Shown here: one piece after another, positions 61,870 to 64,000 of the stretch
How positions within the stretch are numbered: position 1 is the first letter of the stretch
Layout: every line of letters starts with the position of its first letter
Assembly: GCF_018977255.1 (NCBI RefSeq)
Contig: NW_024704742.1
Coordinates: 868,001-932,000 of the forward strand
Origin: Callorhinchus milii
Lineage: Eukaryota
Length of the DNA: 64,000 nucleotides
Direction: 5' to 3'
Notes under the pieces: model-generated
What the model was told of the DNA's origin: nothing
Database searches by the model: none
What the model saw: the letters and a program-made list of their open reading frames with translations, nothing else
Program-made: the position numbers and the translations under genes

Positions 61870-62620
61870 ATAATATAATAATAATTCTTGCATTCGATAT
61901 AGCATCTTATCACGCTGTCTTCTAGATGTCTCGTAGCTCAAAGAATATATTGTAAAGTGAATTGACTATATTTTGTGGGCGAATCGTGGCAGCCAATTGC
62001 ACACAACAACAACAACAACAACAACAAGATTCCATTTATAGAGCGCCTTTCACGTCAGGAGGACGTCCCAAGGCGCTGCACAGTTGGGTCATGACCGAGC
62101 AGGGGGAAATGGTCAGGGTGAGGGAGGGAAGGGAGGGAGAGAGAGGGGGAAATGGTCAGGGTGAGGGAGGAAGGAGGGAGCGAGGAGGAGGAAGAGAGTC
62201 GAGAGGGAGCTGAAGGCTCGGTCAAAGAGAAAGGTTTTGAGACCGGCCTTGAAGGAGGAAAGGGAGGAAGCAAGGCGAAGGCACTGGGGATGGAGTTCCA
62301 GAGCCTCGGGGCTGAGAGGCTGAAGGCCCGACCACCGATAGTAGGGCGGTTGGGGCGGGGGACGTGGAGCAGACCGGAGCCAGAGGAACGGAGGGTACGG
62401 GCAGGTAGGTAGGGGGATAGTAGGTTGGAGAGGTAGGAGGGAGCGAGGCCGTGAATGGCCTTGTAGGTGAGGATGAGGATCTTGAAATCAATCCTCTGGG
62501 GGATGGGGAGCCAGTGGAGGCGAGCGAGGGTAGGAGTGATGTGGTCCCGAAGCCTAGCAGTGTTTCAAAAAACAGTAGTGGATTGAGTGAACAAATTATT
62601 ATTATTATTATTATTATTAA
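61870..62620 (-). mobile_element. SINE 3' half split by an L2 insertion
   Basis: ...GCCAATTGCACAC | L2 | TAGCAGTGTTTC...GGATTGAGTGAACAAATT continues the SINE consensus. Confidence 0.75.
62003..62553 (-). mobile_element. L2 LINE 3' fragment (young) with intact ORF2 end and tail
   Basis: Minus: DHITPTLARLHWLPIPQRIDFKILILTYKAIHGLAPSYLSNLL...TIGGRAFSLSAPRLWNSIP...FKAGLKTFLFDRAF, then stem-loop and (GTT)n. Confidence 0.95.
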
Positions 62621-63127
62621 ATGTTCACGATAAATCAAATTGTATTATCAGATAAGTCAGGACCCTCCTTTCTAGTTTAAGTTGTATAGAGACATCTGTT
62701 TGCCCAATTATTTCTCCCTTTTCATCTTCCCAGCGCCTTGGGAACTTCATCCCGACGTGAAAGACGTTGTACAAATGTGATTTGTTGTTGTTCTGACTAT
62801 GCTGACTCTTGGCGGGTTACAGTTGTATGGGTGCAGTGAATTGCAGTGGTTTTGGAAGAGAGCTGCAGAGAGTAGGGCTGTGAGGGCTTAGCTTCATGCA
62901 ATAGCAATATTGCTCCACAGAATACACAGTCAATCCACTTTACAATATATCCGGTAAAGCGGTTTGAGAAATCTCAACAATGTGATAAGGCGTTATATCA
63001 AATGCAATTATTATTATTATTACTCGTATTACATCAAATGTAAGGATTATTATTAGGTAAAATATATTGGTCACAGCATAGCGCGAAGGTTCAATTCACA
63101 ACAAATATCACTGCTCCGTAAGGTACG

Positions 63128-64000
63128 AGAACATAGAAAACAGGAACGGGAGGAGACCTTTCAGCTAATTAAGCATGTTTCACCAGGTATTAGAACTTAA
63201 ATCTGACTTGCCAATTTTACCATACCACTTAAAATCTCTACTACTACGCAAGTATCTGGCTGCCTCTCTTTTAAACGTGCTATTGATTCCACTTGTACAA
63301 TGTTCTAGGGTAGAGCATTGCACATCTTCACAACTCTCTGTGTGAAGATCTGTTTCCTGATCTCAGTTCTAACTGTCTTAGTTCAGATTTTTCGGCTTGT
63401 AATGGAAGCCTCTTCCAGAAGGAACCCAATGTTATTCCTTTGATCATTCTAAATACATCAATCAAATCACGTCCTAACCTCACCTGCTCTAAGAATGTAA
63501 CCCTGTTTTTAGCCAACCTCTTATCATAGTTAGCCCCTTCAACCTGTGTATTAATCTAGTGAACCATCACTGGTCACTCTCTGGGTAACATATCCTTCCT
63601 ATGGTTAGATACCCCAAACTGAACACAGTGCTCCAAATGAGATCTGAGCAGACTCTATAGAACTGGTGAAAAACCTCCTTACTTCTATACTCCAGACTTC
63701 TTATAAGAAATGCCAGTATCCCTTTTGCATTATTCACTGCATTTTGCAGCAGTGAACTAGATTTTGATGATCTATGGACTTGACCGCCTAGATCTCTCTG
63801 CTCATCTACCCCTCACATTGATTCCCCATTTAGAACATACACCCTAATGTTATTCTTCATCCCAGTGTACAACCTCACACTTTGCAATGTTAAACTCCAG
63901 CTGCTAGAGTTCTGCCCATTTGCTTGGTCTCGGAATTTTCATCTGTTGGCTTCACAATTTATGACACCTCCTAGCTTAGTATCACTTGCAGTTAGAAATA
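63128..64000 (-). mobile_element. CR1 LINE 3' ~0.9 kb (runs off the window)
   Basis: Minus remnants YRVC/LLRSHLEHCVQF and LEQVRLGRDLIDVFRMIKG; 3' end TTTCTATGTTCT. Confidence 0.88.

Overview
This is eukaryotic, repeat-rich DNA that looks intronic or intergenic. The repeat content points to a cartilaginous fish, plausibly a holocephalan such as elephant shark (inference from recalled SINE/LINE families). I could not recognise any complete protein-coding gene, rRNA, true tRNA or CRISPR array. The ORF track consists of LINE remnants, SINE read-through and chance ORFs. The window is dominated by (i) a young tRNA-Ala-headed SINE with a CORE-like middle and an L2-type (ATT)n tail, (ii) an older ~600-bp Deu-domain SINE sharing the same 3' half, (iii) an ancient AmnSINE2-like SINE, (iv) many 3' fragments of L2 and CR1 LINEs, often nested in each other, (v) palindromic MITEs, a possible Harbinger transposase fossil and a Penelope-type hammerhead-like palindrome, and (vi) micro- and minisatellites. 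Between the repeats lie unique islands that may be enhancers or alternative first exons of an unidentified + strand gene. The most notable observations are a locally triplicated ~240-bp element carrying paired octamer motifs, a G-rich minisatellite derived from the last codons of a CR1 ORF2, a covarying 3' stem-loop shared by SINE and L2 tails, and a recurrent SINE 5' breakpoint. I found no convincing new biological system. Family names rest on recalled consensus sequences and need a Dfam/Repbase check. Element boundaries are approximate (about +/-10-20 bp).
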